Source: Phoronis australis
Taxonomy: Eukaryota; Animalia; Phoronida
NCBI GenBank assembly: GCA_002633005.1
Contig: NMRA01000028.1
Span: forward strand, 728,260-792,259
Direction of reading: 5' to 3'
Length of the DNA stretch: 64,000 nucleotides
In this document: positions 1-13,527 of the stretch, in pieces
Layout: each line of letters begins with the position of its first letter
Numbering within the stretch: the stretch's first letter is position 1
Translations under genes and position numbers: made by a program
Notes under the pieces: generated by a model
What the model was told of the DNA's origin: nothing
Databases searched by the model: none
The model's input: only the letters and a program-made list of their open reading frames with translations

Positions 1-550
1 TAATAGTCAGACCATTCGAGTAACTTGTAAACAAGCAGTGAAACAATCATAACACAGAAAATTAAAATCATTGACTTCGTTTTAACAATTAAATTACATG
101 TGTTCTAAAGATAAACATACACACCCTCATCAGTTATTAATGAAATTTTCAAGCTTTTTCAAGCCACATCAAGCTTTACTGAGCCAAGTTCAAGACATGC
201 ATGTCTAAAATAACATTTAAACATTAAATAGGCACTAACACATGCACGCACATTTATGTCAAGATTTTACAATATTAGGAATGAGAAAATAAGAATGATT
301 AACAAATGAAGTTGACATCTATTCTGGTTTTCTAACTGACGCACCGCTAGGATTCATCACAGAAACGGGGTGCATCTGCAACTACTGAAAGATTGAGATT
401 CAAAGACGAGTTATTCTCACACTTATAAGTTATGCTTTATAACATATTCATCAAACAGTCAGAAAGGTATAAAACAAACACTGTAGTAGCAAATGTATAA
501 ACCAGTCGGTGTCTTGGTCAGTGTATTTTCATTGCATTGAACTGCTTGGA

Positions 551-610
551 TTGCACAAAGGACCAGGTCTATTGCACAAAGGACCAGGTCTATTGCACAA
601 AGGACCAGGT
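551..610. repeat. 21-bp tandem repeat x3 in CDC20 3' UTR
   Basis: ATTGCACAAAGGACCAGGTCT repeated about 3 times just past the stop codon. Confidence 0.9.
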
Positions 611-626
611 CACGCTTGTTCAGCTC

Positions 627-3600
627 CTATCTAATTCCACCTCTGTGAAGCATTGAAAGGCTCGACGAGTCTTTGGCTTTAGCAACTTGGCCCTTCTTTG
701 ACTTGTCTGTTGCGAAACATTTCCAGAGTCGAATAGTTTCATCAGCTGCAGCACTAGCCACAGTACTGCCATCTGGGGACATTTTCAGAGACAAAACACG
801 CGAAGTGTGACCTAAAAAATAGAGAGAAAGTAAGAGTGGTATAATTAAAAAGAAAGTGCCTGAAGGTGGCATTGCGTGAGTATATCTAAACTACAATATT
901 ATGTTGGCACATATTTCAATGGCAAGTCTTGATTGGCTCACGAAATCCCAGCTTCTAATATACAAACTCACACTCACCTCAAACTTAACCAATCACACTG
1001 CATGATACAAGTTCAACTTTATCTAAAGTGTACCAAATCAATTGAGTTGACATTTGAGTTCGCATATTAAAGGCTTGGCCCAAGTGCACAAACTAGCCAA
1101 CTGAATAACAGGTGAAACTAGAGCCTGTCTGTTAACTGTAGTGGAAATAAGATGGACCCAGAGTCTGTCTCCTAACTATAGTGGAAATAAGGTGAAGCCA
1201 GAGTCTGTCTGCTAACTATAATAGATAGAAGATGGAATCTGAGTCTCTGCTAACTGTAGTGGATAACAAATGGAGCCAGAGTCTGCCTACTAACTGTAGT
1301 GGACAACAGGGCCAAAGTGCTAACTCTCAGCTGTCAGCTGGCCTGCACTCATGCTTGATCAGCACATCAGTGCCAGGTCCAGGGACAAAAGACCTTTAAT
1401 ACTAGAGAATTGACTCAAAAACCGACCATTCACATTGCCTTCAAAGGGCATCAAGTGATTCTTAAATTTTCAAGCCATGTCTTCATTACATAAGTTTGAC
1501 AGTTTGGTGGTCTCGGGGCCCAAGTCAGCATGGCACAAGGCAGGCATGACTTACCAGTGAGGTCAGTGACCTTGTTCATATTGGGGTACTTCCAGATGGA
1601 AAGCTGGTTCTGTGAGTAACCATGGCCAGAGATTAGTTCTTTGTGTTCCTTTGACCACAGTATGGCACAGACCTGGGACAGCATAGACAAAGATGATGGA
1701 AATCAGAAAGTGGAGGGTCCTAAAAACCACGTACATGTGATGACAGCTCAAGTTTGATTGCCCGACTGTCAAATTTAAACACTTCAAATTCGAAATTGCC
1801 ATACATTTGCTGTTTCCATTGCATTTTGCAGTTGATCACTTATTTAGATGGGCTTTTTGATGGCAAATTAGGTTTTATTTATTTTAGATTTGTCAACCAC
1901 ACAATGCTCAATTGATCGAACATGTTATGAATCTCAACCACATACCTCCACCGGCTGTTGACTTATGACTATTAGTCTTTGTTTAAGTTCTAGCAAGTCA
2001 CCTGTGAGTTTGTATCCACACTCTGTACAACAGCACCAGTGTTAATGTTCCAGAAACGAATGTGACGATCAGCTGTACCTCCACCACTGGCCAATAGGGT
2101 GGGCTGCCAAGGACACCAGGAGAGAGCCTGTTGCAATACGAGACATTTGAATTTGGTAAAGTCTATTTCCAGAAAGAATTTGACTTATCATGGCCTCAGT
2201 GGTTACATAACAGTGTCATCACACCATTACAATGTTGGACAATCCAAAGATAAAATTCATCCAGAGAAAAATTTTTCAAGTACATCAAACCTGTTTACCT
2301 GCATACACCAACTTCCCTTTACGTTTCAACTTTAGGAGAATTCCCCGACTTACAAGTGGTATATACAGTGTTCTCCTCGTGCATCTCAAATTATGATCAC
2401 CCTGCTCCGGTCTCAATAACTTCCACACTCACATCCCGCTACAGTACAGAATCATGTTTTGAGTAAATAATGTTCTTGTTTCATTACTGAATTTGTAAAA
2501 TTTCTTGCCACTACATGATGAATACTGCGCAATGTAAACATTTCTGTACTATTTTTGCACAAACTAAAGATAAGTACACAAGTACATTATGGTTTATGTG
2601 AATGGATGTCCAATTAGATTTCACATCTCAGATGGTATTTTTGGGACATCGAGTGGTCCAGAAACCCACCTGTGTAAATCATAATATAATAGAGAACACA
2701 ATAGACTATTACGTATCTTGAGTCCTTACTAAGGTGTGCCAAACATAATTTGGAGTTTGAAGATTAGAACCCAGGCTCTGTTTAGATTATTGGCACAACT
2801 TGACCACTTCGCAACTGTCTCACCTTGACTGCTGCCTGGTGGTGGGTGAATGTGTGCAGCGGCATGACCTCTGACCCCAGTGTGTTGTCCCAGATGTTGA
2901 GGAGGTTATCATTGCCACCACTGGCCAGGTAGCGTCCATCAGGGGACCATGCCAGGCCACACACCTCCTGTGAATGTGCTGACAGTGTACACACATGGTG
3001 GTTAGCGACACGGACGTCATGGTGGTGGACAGTGCCAGACCTTGAACCACTGGAAAGTACGGTCAACATGGGAACACAGGCAACAGTTAGGGACAGAGTC
3101 TGAGGTGAACCTTGAAAACACAGGCAAAAGTTGGAGACAGTGAGGGCATGAGAGCTTCTTTTTCACTAAAAGTTATCTAATAGTGTACTGAAAAGTAGGG
3201 ACGAAAAGCAATTGCATTAGACCCATTCACATGCACACGCTCACCGTGTAAATACCCGCGTAAATACTTGTTAACTCACTATTCTCCATTAGCATTATTC
3301 TTACTTGCATGTGAATGCTCAGAATATCACTTTTCTGCTGTGTGGGTAAATTACTGCTAACAACTGTGTTATTTCAGATACGCCGTGAACATCAAACAAA
3401 ACAATTTTGCTACGGAAATCCTCACTTCACGCTAGCCACATTTCCGAGGAGTGGACTGAAAAATCCACGCGCTTCTTGATCTTTTTGTTGAGCAAGTCCC
3501 AAGTCTCTGAAGGGCTGTCCAGAACAAGGATGGATAGTGTGATGTATGCCCAATGGGCGAAAAGACTAGAAGTAATTTATTGTGTGTTTTCAGTGTTTTT

Positions 3601-6600
3601 AGAGGATTTAAACTGCTGCCGGTGAACTGTCACATTTGCCCCAGGGAGTGAATCCACAACGGGTTTAAGACAGCAGTTTTTATGAATTCTTTACCAATTT
3701 AACTCAGTTGGTGTTAGATTTGATGCTACAAGAGCAGTAGTTACCAAAGTCAACTTAACAGGAGTGCCCCAGAAAAGCAATTCATTAACAGAAACTGAAC
3801 ACATGAGCTCCCGTTAACGAAGTTACTAGTGAATTTAGGTAAACAATACACTGGTTTCTCAGTTAGGCATGGGGCTATTAACTTGAAAGTAGTCTACGAG
3901 GAAAACTAATCATAATGAAGAAAAGCAACTATGTTCATTCCACAGAATGGTCAACATAGAAAACCCAGCTATATTCTGAAGACCAAGGGTAACGGACAAT
4001 GTACTGTCAAGTGCATCTGTCTAAGAGATGTCTTGTTTTGATCTAAAATGGGTAATGGGCACTTTCAAGGGCCCAGACTCTGGGAACCAGTTTGATGCCC
4101 GTTATTCAGTGGAAAAAACTGGTTCTCAAAATACGGAACCCCTGTAAGTGACTGTTACCTTAAAATTGGTATTAAGACTAGGCTGATGACATAACTATGA
4201 TGGCAAGACTTGACAATACCTAGAGAGGATGTAACTGTTCCATGACAGACTGCCCACTCTACTTGCGTGACCACCCATCGTCCGAATGAGCTTTTGTTGC
4301 GACACATCCCATAACTGAAATAACAAATATTTTGAGTAAAATGAATTCATTCACACATAATAAATGCACAGCTTAACATGAAAAGAATCTTATGTTGACA
4401 CCCTAACCGTACCTCAGAATCTGCAGGTTTAAATCAAAAACACCATGCTGTTGTGGGTAATTAAGTCACCTCGGGCTGCTGATTCTAGTAGACTCAAGAT
4501 AATGAGACCACCATAAACACATTGGGGGAGACAATAATATTTTAAGTTTTCATTTTGAAAGATTAGAAACAGCCTATTTGAATAGTTTGTGAAAAGCACA
4601 CGTGACTAGGTTTTCGAATTTTGAAAATTGGATAAGAAGTATGACTTTTATAACCTAAAACTTTTGGTTTGATGCTGCAAAAATATGTTCCTCTTTAATT
4701 CTGCTGAGTGTGCAACATAATTGTGCCAGTTACCAAACCACCACGCAACAGTTCCATTTTGAGGTAGCTGAGTGTCATCATACAATTCTTGGCACGAAAA
4801 GATTGTAAAGCCACATTTATGTATCAGTCAAAAATTGTCGCAGATAAAAAATTTCAGTTATTGGGTTCCTTTTTACTTTCACTTAATTTACACTGTCGTC
4901 ACTTTTGCTTTCGTACACACTGACTTCAGGCCTCTGATTTCACATTAACATTGTACCAGTTACACAGCCACCATGTTAGAGTATGATCTCATATCCCAGT
5001 GAGTGCATGTGTAGGAGTAGTTCAGAAAATTAACCATTATGTAATACACCCCCAACATGAGGAATTGTAGTAAACATGTTTGTTCACTATATCCTGTTAT
5101 GATTCATGTATGTCACTATATAAGTGTATGATCGCATGGATTGTAACAGACTCAGTAGTATCAGCAGAAGAGTATGTAATAAAACTATTATCCTCCTTCA
5201 GACTAGTATTATCCTTGGACCGCGTTCTCGCACTGTGTCGCGCATTCAACGTTCCTAACCGAACAGAATGCCTTTCACTGCTAGCACATCAACAGNCAGC
5301 TATATTCTGAAGACCAAGGGTGAGGGACAATGTACTGTCAAGTGCATCTTTACTAAGAGATGTCTGCTTTTGATCTAAAATGGGTAATGGGCACTTTCAA
5401 GGGCCCAGACTCTGGGAACCAGTTTGATGCCCGTTATTCAGTGGACAAAAATGGTTCTCAAAATGCGGAATCCCTGTAAGTGACTGTTACCTTAAAATTG
5501 GTATTAAGACTAGGCTGATGACATAAGTATGACGGCAAGACTTGACAATACCTAGAGAGGATGTAACTGTTCCATGACAGACTGCCCACTCTACTTGCGT
5601 GACCACCCATCGTCCGAATGAGCTTCTGTTGCGACACATCCCATAACTGAAATAACAAATATTTTGAATAAAATGAATTCATTCACACATAATAAATGCA
5701 CAGCTTAACATGAAAAGAATCTTATGTTGACACCCTACCTGCACCTCAGAATCTGCAGGTTTAAATCAAAAACACCATGCTGTTGTGGTTAATTAAGTCA
5801 CCTCAGGCTGCTGATGCTATAGACTCAAGATAATGAGACGACCATAAACACATTGGGGGAGACAATAATATTTTAAGTTTTCGTTTTGAAAGATTAGAAA
5901 CAGCCTATTTGAATAGTTTGTGAAAAGCACACGTGACTAGGTTTTCGAATTTTGAAAATTGGACAAGAAGTACTTTTATAACCTAAAACTTTTGGTTTGA
6001 TGCCGCAAAAATGTGTTCCTCTTTAATTCTGCTGAGTGTGCAACATAATTGTGCCAGATACCAAAACACCAGGCAACAGTTCGATTTTGAGGTAGCCAAG
6101 TGTCATCGTACAATTCTTGGCATGAAAAGATTGTAAAGCAACATTTATGTATCAGTCAAAAATTGTCGCAGATAAAAAAATTCAGTTATTGGGTTCCTTT
6201 TTACTTTCACTTAATTTACACTGTCTCATCACTGTTGCTTTCGTACACACTGACTTCAGGCCTCTGATTTCACATTAACAATATACCGGTTACACAGCCA
6301 CCATTACCCCTCTTTCTACATACTTGGATTGTCCCACGATTGATGCCCCAGTTGGTATACTGACATACTCACTCCAGGCCTCTGACTTCACATTAACCCT
6401 GTACCAGAAACGCAGCCACCATCATCCCTCTCTCTACTTACTTGGACTGTCCCAAGACTGATGCCCACAGCCAGTATATTGCCTTCATTAATCCACTCCA
6501 CTGAGCTGACATGTTCATCCTGATGTTGACACTGCATCAACTCCGTGATAGTACCATTACCAGCGTTCCACAAGAACACACTGTCTCCAAGGGCAACGGA

Positions 6601-9600
6601 CAAAAAATTTAGACTGGACCAATCTAGGAGGTTGAGGTCTAAAATTTCAAAGCGACAACCCATGACTACCTAATACAAAATTAGAAAAGAAGCCAGAACA
6701 ATACAAATTCACAGTTGTTTTGTATTGCAACAACCAAATCGGGCTAACAATGTATGGAAAAACTTATAATAGATGAGTCTTTGCATTCAGCCATATATCT
6801 ACAAAAATGTAGAATTTAACTAAAAAAGCACAAATTTTCTGGAAGCAAAAAGTTGAAGAATTTAATTTTTAACTTTATACCAGTCTGTTATTGATTGGGT
6901 CAAACAGGTCATTTTAGTAAAATCTAGTAAAAAATAAAAGTGCAGTCATAGGAAAACACAATATCAATAAAATAATCAAACTTCGATTGAAATTAATGCT
7001 AAAGATAAAATCTTGACAATCTTCTCAAAGATTTCTAACACATCATTTTATTTTTGTTTCATGTAACTTTTATGATTAAAGAAACCCCAAAAAAGTCCCA
7101 TTTTTCCTCATGTAAAATTGAATCCACTTAAAAACCATTCCCTAACAGCGTTTTGGAGACCAGTGGATACAGCATTAGTACCTGAAAGTTTCATTTGAAT
7201 TCGATGAACCATTTCTGAGACACGGTGAACCGAAATTAGCCAACTATGGACATAGAGTTTTACGTAACCTTAATCTAAAAAGTGCGTTTCAAATTAGCTT
7301 ACAGTAATCATCGATGAGTTCAGGAGCATCGAGTATTCGCTCTGGCTGTTGAGGAATCTGTCTCGAAGAGGTCGCCTTTGGAGCTGAACACTTGCCCGAT
7401 GTATAGAGTACCTTCAGGTTGTTATAGTAACCTAGACCATAATTGAAAGTGACAGTGTTAAAGTTTTATCCCAACAAACAAAGTGTATGTTTCAATGGCA
7501 AGACAATCAGATCTGTTACTTTCAAGAAGAATGATAACATTTTCGAAGGCGTTTTGGTCAGTATTCCATATTTTTTTTACTCTAAATGATATTTCGAACC
7601 TTTTTAGTAAATTTTCATAAAAATTAACAAGAGCAACGCGAAATGTTGAAATGCACCCACAACTGCACTGCAAATGGCAAGTTTCTAAGGCTGTTTATTT
7701 GTATCATGATAACAAATGGCAAGTAGATGGCACAGAATACATGAAACCCATCCAAAAATGGGAAAGTGTCATTGTCTCTCAAAACTATTTGCCAAATTTC
7801 ATGTACATCCATGAAAGAACTACAAAGCTACAAATGCAAAAGTAGAAAAAAACAAACTGCCATCAGGAATCACTTCGCTCATGCCGCCCTATCCATGAAA
7901 GATATGCGCAAAATTTCATGAACATATGAAGATAGAGCAGCGAACGCCGGCCAGACGGACAGAGATGACTGCATAATGACCCTACATATAAATATGTGGA
8001 CACATAATATGACAGTTCTTCACACCAGGAGTTTTTTGTGACACTATGAGCAAGTTACTCAATGTAAACACTGTATGTCTGATTGGCTGAATCGCTGCTG
8101 CATTGGTTTTAATACGTGTTTGATGCGTAAGTGCTGAAGCCAAATGTTATATGCCGAGGCTGGAACTGCACTGAAGTTGACGGGCATCTTGGCCATTGAG
8201 CAAAGTTCTCAAAGCAGAATAGTGGGAGAACACAGGTTACTCAGAACGACTGACTGTTTAGAAATTGTCACATCCGGTTTGCAGGTTTTATTTTAATAGA
8301 AAAGATTCAAATAACTAACAGTAATAAAACCACGCCTTAAAAATATGACATATCCGTTTAGATACAAAACTAAATGGAAAATAAAACTTCTTCAAATAAT
8401 TATCTCCTACCTGTAGTTTGATCTTCACATAACTAGGTATTAATTATCTTATTATATGTGACAATTATAACCATTTTTAAACGGTTATAAAAGACCTCCC
8501 TTCATGAGGCAATTACTCTTACACCACGATATTCTCACAAGAAAATACACGTAATCATGAAATGAAACTTTAAATTATAAGGCAATAAAAACAAAACAGC
8601 ACAAAACAAGGTGAAGAGACAAACCTAAAAATAACAGAGAGAAGCTTACAAGTATAGTAACACCTTTCTATGATGCAGAAGCCACCTCAGATAAAACCAT
8701 GATATTGTTTGATGAGCTATTACCAGTTTGATGAGCAGTTTTGAAGAGCACAGCTTGTTGTTGCAAACAAGTAGAAGAAACGCCATTTATTCATCAATGC
8801 AAAAAGCAGTTCTAAACACTGGTGGTTGGTCAAAAACAATTATCCAGAATTTTCCCACTAAACACATTCACAAAACAAAACCATGAAATGGCCTGTTTAT
8901 GGCCTTGCAAAAGCCAATTATTCGTACAAATCCCAGAACATAAGATTTATGAGATATCAGTGATCCAAGCCAGAATCAGGAGTCACACATGCGACTGTCT
9001 GCTCAGTAAGATGGCAAATGATATCAGATAGGTGATTACCTGATTAATCATGTGTCTTTGAACTACTGGCTGCTTGAGATACTACTAAAATCAAGTGATC
9101 TCTACAGACTGCACTATGTTCACTGGAGCAGCTGTTTTACATGATGATGACTGATATCCCACAATTCCTTGTGTTCCATAAGCAATACGGAAAGAGGTCA
9201 ATGGCATACAGTCAATTAATAATGTATTCATTAATAATGTGTGATCATCTGATTGACTTGAATACAAACAACATATTTAAAATACTAGTTTTAAATAAAG
9301 ATATTTACCTTCAGCAGCCTTTGGTGCCTTCTGTTTGAAGGAGAGAATCTTATCATCCAACGTCTGTCCTTGGTTGATATTCCCAGACAACTTACGCTGG
9401 TATTCGGCCTTAGTTGGAGACACGTCTCCCTCATTCTCATTATTGGTCAGCAGGAAGTGTCCCAGCTCTGTATTAGTAGTGCCACGGTTCGGGATAAACC
9501 TGGTCAGGATAGGATTGGAAGTAGGTCAACAAGTTTAAAAAGTCTTCTCTTGATGGCTATGCTTTTGTGAAAAAGTTGCAAAACAAAATGGATATCAAAA

Positions 9601-10936
9601 ATCTATATTCTGTAACTGTTTTTATTTCTCCATTGGAATAGCAGGGTCATGAACTCCTAACATGGGCCTCTGATTATCCATAGACAAAACAAAGCATTCA
9701 CAACAAAAACAACAAATTTCATTTCTTTCATTCTTGTTTATTGAATTAATGATTATTACCTATCTGTGACCTGGTTTTACTAGACAGCCTCATTTTTGAG
9801 CCCATCTTGGGCTCTTTATCGGAGATCCCCCAGTGCCCAACTGAAGAGCACAAAATGGGCTTGAAAGTTAGGCTCTTAAGTAAAACCAAGCTGTCAATAG
9901 GTAATAATCTATATTTCACTACGTCATGTAACAGCACCTGCCATGAACATTCGTTCCTCCAGTCTTTTATGACAAAATAAACAATAGATTTCAAACAGCT
10001 GATACACGTGTCAGTTGTAAGTATATATGCAAATGAAACAGCATCATGTGAGCTGAAAATCAGACAGCAAAAATGTGGGGAAACACTTTATGCAAATTCA
10101 GTGACATAAATGAGCAGTGAATTGAAGTGTTAGTATCTCTTACCTATCTTGACCATGAGGTGTATTTGGGGTTTTCTTGTTGGGTGTCTTTGATGACTTT
10201 CTATTGCCAGAGGGAGTTTTGTTTGGTGTCAGTCTAGAGCTAAGGGGCGTCGCTGACTTGTTTGGAGTCTTAGTACCAGACGCTGACTTGGGTTTTCGCG
10301 GAGAAATGGAACTAGAGCGGCCACCTATTCAAAATTTTTTTTTTCAAATAAACAACAGCAAGGTAGTTCATTTTAGTGATTGATGAAATCATTTATGTGA
10401 AATGCAAGAAGTTTCCTGCCTGTGTGCAGTCAAAAAAACATTGCAAAAGTGTTTGGACCAACAAGCTTATCATTTTTTCTGTATTAGAAGTTTTTAGAGA
10501 AAAACATGAATTTTGTTGTCACTACACCAAGTAGCTGGTGAGTAAGGAAATAGCTGAATTGAACTGCATATTAACAGTGAAGACAAAATCAACAGATTTG
10601 CCAAAATTAATCTGAAAAATGATTCTGAGGTCCTTGCCATGACAGCTAAGTAAACAAGAGTACCTACAATGAATTCCGATACTCCGTCATGTTGAGTAGT
10701 ACATGGCATTATGTTTTGGATTACTTTTGGCAATCATGGTGCTTTAAACACAAGAGCACAGGACTATGTAATGTTCACAGTTTAAGCCAACAGATTACAC
10801 TACCGTCTCCAACAGACAGATGACGGATGCCGGATTCTTGAGCTTTTCGCTGCCATCTCATCAGGGGACCTTGCTGAATGGGGGCATCCATCCTAGTCAG
10901 TTCATTCAAACAGTTCTCAAAATTGAAGTGAGACAT
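627..10936 (-). CDS. CDC20: Cell division cycle 20 (fizzy), APC/C co-activator; 10 coding exons, ~526 aa
   Basis: Exons (minus strand): 10804-10936 ([28 protein letters not shown]), 10144-10324 (TP/SP-rich), 9309-9499 (C-box DR|FIPNR, KILSF), 7303-7431 ([20 protein letters not shown]), 6442-6638 (LNLLDWS), 5552-5646 (or copy 4220-4314), 2824-3049 ([24 protein letters not shown]), 2002-2127 ([26 protein letters not shown]), 1555-1672, 627-811 ([15 protein letters not shown]...GGIR*). All introns are GT-AG, phases match, total 1581 nt. WD40 repeats and C-terminal IR tail are present. Confidence 0.96.
1110..1325. repeat. Degenerate ~40-bp intronic minisatellite
   Basis: About 5 diverged copies of AGAGTCTGTCTGCTAACTGTAGTGGAAATAAGATGG. 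Confidence 0.8.
3966..6304. repeat. ~1-kb near-identical duplication (3966-4974 vs 5297-6304) containing a CDC20 exon; likely uncollapsed haplotypes
   Basis: Second copy starts right after the single N at 5296. Exon copies 4220-4314 and 5552-5646 differ by one synonymous change (CAA/CAG). Confidence 0.88.
4974..5294 (+). mobile_element. Putative LTR (solo LTR or end of LTR retrotransposon), 321 bp
   Basis: Starts TGTT, ends AACA; TATATAA at 5117 and AATAAA at 5178; absent at the equivalent site (~6304) of the other copy. Confidence 0.6.
6253..6487 (-). repeat. Decayed 118-bp tandem duplication of CDC20 exon end plus 5' splice site
   Basis: 6253-6370 aligns to 6371-6487. True donor CAA|GTAAGT at 6440-6441; copy donor CAA|GTATGT at 6322-6323. 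Confidence 0.8.
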
Positions 10937-12318
10937 CTTTGACTAGCAGCAGAGAAGACTGTATGAATTAACTTATATCAGTTTCTGTTGCTGAAATTGA
11001 AAACGGCTTCTATATATCTGTCAGTTACAGAAAACACAATGATATGGCATACATCTTGGGTTTCATAACACTCGGCAGAAAGAGGTCTAACCACAGTTAA
11101 CATTATTTCATCATTTATTCATAAAAAATAAGTATTGTGAAATTAATTCTTTGCCATTTTTAACATCTGTAGACAATCAAATCCTTATTGTTTAAAGACT
11201 GAAAACTCAAAAAGTGCAACTTTGACAATCATTTGGTCACAAAGTGGTGTGATTTACAGTACAAGAAAATCAAATTCAAATAGGATTAAAATACAATGTA
11301 TATGNAGACGCTGACTTGGGTTTTCGCGGAGAAATGGAACTAGAGCGGCCACCTATTCGAAATTTTTTTTTTTCAAATAAACAACAGCAAGGTAGTTCAT
11401 TTTAGTGATTGATGAAACCATTTATGTGAAATCCAAGAAGTTTCCTGCCTGTGTGCAGTCAAAAAAACATTGCAAAAGTGTTTGGACCAACAAGCTTATC
11501 ATTTTTTCTCTATTAAAAGTTTTTAGAGAAAAACATGAATTTTGTTGCCACTACACCAAGTAGCTGGTGATTAAGGAAATAGCTGAATTGAACTGCATAT
11601 TAACAGTGAAGACAAAATCAACAGATTTGCCAAAATTAATCTGAAAAATGATTCTGAGATCCTTGTCATGACAGCTAAGTAAACAAGAGTACCTACAATG
11701 AATTCCGATACTCCGTCATGTTGAGTAGTACATGGCATTATGTTTTGGATTACTTTTGGCAATCATGGTGCACAGGACTATGTAATGTTCACAGTTTAAG
11801 CCAACAGATTACACTACCATCTCCAACAGACAGATGACGGATGCCGGATTCTTGAGCTTTTCGCTGCCATCTCATCAGGGGACCTTGCTGAATGGGGGCA
11901 TCCATCCTAGTCAGTTCATTCAAACAGTTCTCAAAATTGAAGTGAGACATCTTTGACTAGCAGCAGAGAAGACTGTATGAATTAACTTATATCAGTTTCT
12001 GTTGCTGAAATTGAAAACGGCTTCTATATATCTGTCAGTTACAGAAAACACAATGATATGGCATACATCTTGGGTTTCATAACACTCGGCAGAAAGAGGT
12101 CTAACCACAGTTAACATTATTTCATCATTTATTCATAAAAAATAAGTATTGTGAAATTAATTCTTTGCCATTTTTAACATCTGTAGACAATCAAATCCTT
12201 ATTGTTTAAAGACTGAAAACTCAAAAAGTGCAACTTTGACAATCATTTGGTCACAAAGTGGTGTGATTTACAGTACAAGAAAATCAAATTCAAATAGGAT
12301 TAAAATACAATGTATATG
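10278..12318. repeat. ~1-kb near-identical duplication (10278-11304 vs 11306-12318) containing the CDC20 ATG exon; likely uncollapsed haplotypes
   Basis: Copies are separated by a single N at 11305. The second ATG exon is at 11818-11950. Only a few SNPs and indels differ. Confidence 0.88.
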
Positions 12319-13042
12319 GCTAGGTATATGTTTGTTGTGATCCAACATTCACAACATGTTAATACACTGATATTAGTGGGAAATCCTGAAAAGAACCGGT
12401 TACGTCGAATGAATAGTTCATTCAGTTGAAGCATAGACGAGTATCTATAGGATTAGGAAGTAACTGGTTCTCGATGACTGTACACTACTAGTACTAGTAA
12501 CTAGTATGGCCTGCCTTATTTTCCGAAGCTCCCAGTTTGACTGGCCAGTCCCTGACAGTACACTAGTCTACCATAAGCCACCCCTCAATGACTGGCCAGT
12601 CCCTGTGAACGACGTCAGAATAGAAGAATGTTGTCACTGGTCAGCACTGATCAGTAATAGCCCTAAGCCAAGGCCTAAATGGACTTCATTATGAAGATTG
12701 AAGGTTCAAAACAGATGATCTCTCCTTATAGATATTCTTTAGACGTGAAGTGAAGACTCAAGCCCTTCATGTAACACACCCTTGTTGAATATCGTAAACT
12801 GCAAAGTCTCCTGGTATTTCCATATAACATTCGCTATTGTAGGAGTCCCTGGTTTTCATTTGACTGTGTCTCTTTAAAAATTCCGCCTCAGACCTAAAAC
12901 GAGATTCGTGGTCAGTGTCGAATGTTCCATTTAATTTTGGGGAACCCTTTGAAAATAAAAATGAATGATCAGAATCAATTTTCGCATTAAAATTTACAAA
13001 ACCATATTTATAAACTATTCGATTCAAAATTAATGAAAATAC

Positions 13043-13232
13043 CTGACATTTTAGGTGTAGCTTTAGTAAAATAAACGTACGCTAAAAATAAACATTTTTT
13101 GAATGGTCTCCATAGAGTATGTTGCTCCGAAATTATTCCCGCCAATATTTATATGTGTCGAAGGTCGTGACCCAGTTTGTTTTGGGTGATACTTCATTGA
13201 AACTCGTTTTTGCCTCAACAGTAGAGGATTAG
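13043..13232. promoter_or_regulatory. Putative bidirectional CDC20/STAG promoter with non-coding first exons
   Basis: Minus-strand donor CAG|GTATTT at 13041-13043 and plus-strand donor TAG|GTAAGT at 13233. CHR-like TTTGAA at 13098-13103; E2F site TTCCCGCCAA at 13136-13145 overlapping CCAAT. Both ATG exons start with acceptor sites, so upstream exons are required. Confidence 0.6.
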
Positions 13233-13417
13233 GTAAGTTTACAAACTCTTAAAACAGTACTTGAGATCACGATTAGACAATGCTTGTTTTTCAATGCTTG
13301 TTCACCTAAACGTTTCCTTTGTGCAACACTTGAACTGCTGTTCAGAAAAAATCCAACATGGCAGCCTTCTAATTTTTGTCTCGTTTAGTTGATTTGCACA
13401 CATTTCCTTTTGCCAAT

Positions 13418-13527
13418 CACAGGCGTCCTCAGCTTCTGATCGTCCCCAATACACTACATATAATACTACAAGCTTGTAGTATTATATGTAGTGTATTGGG
13501 GACGATCAGAAGCTGAGGACGCCTGTG
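13418..13527. mobile_element. Perfect 110-bp palindromic MITE-like insertion with 8-bp TSD
   Basis: 55-bp arms CACAGGCGTCC...ACAAG / CTTGT...GGACGCCTGTG with no loop; TTGCCAAT at both 13410-13417 and 13528-13535. Confidence 0.85.

Noticed and set aside
4220-5646. Duplicated CDC20 exon (and STAG exons at 28441-29424) as mutually exclusive exons
   Set aside because: Identical peptides, equally similar flanking introns and copies beginning exactly at N breaks; a haplotype artefact is more parsimonious.
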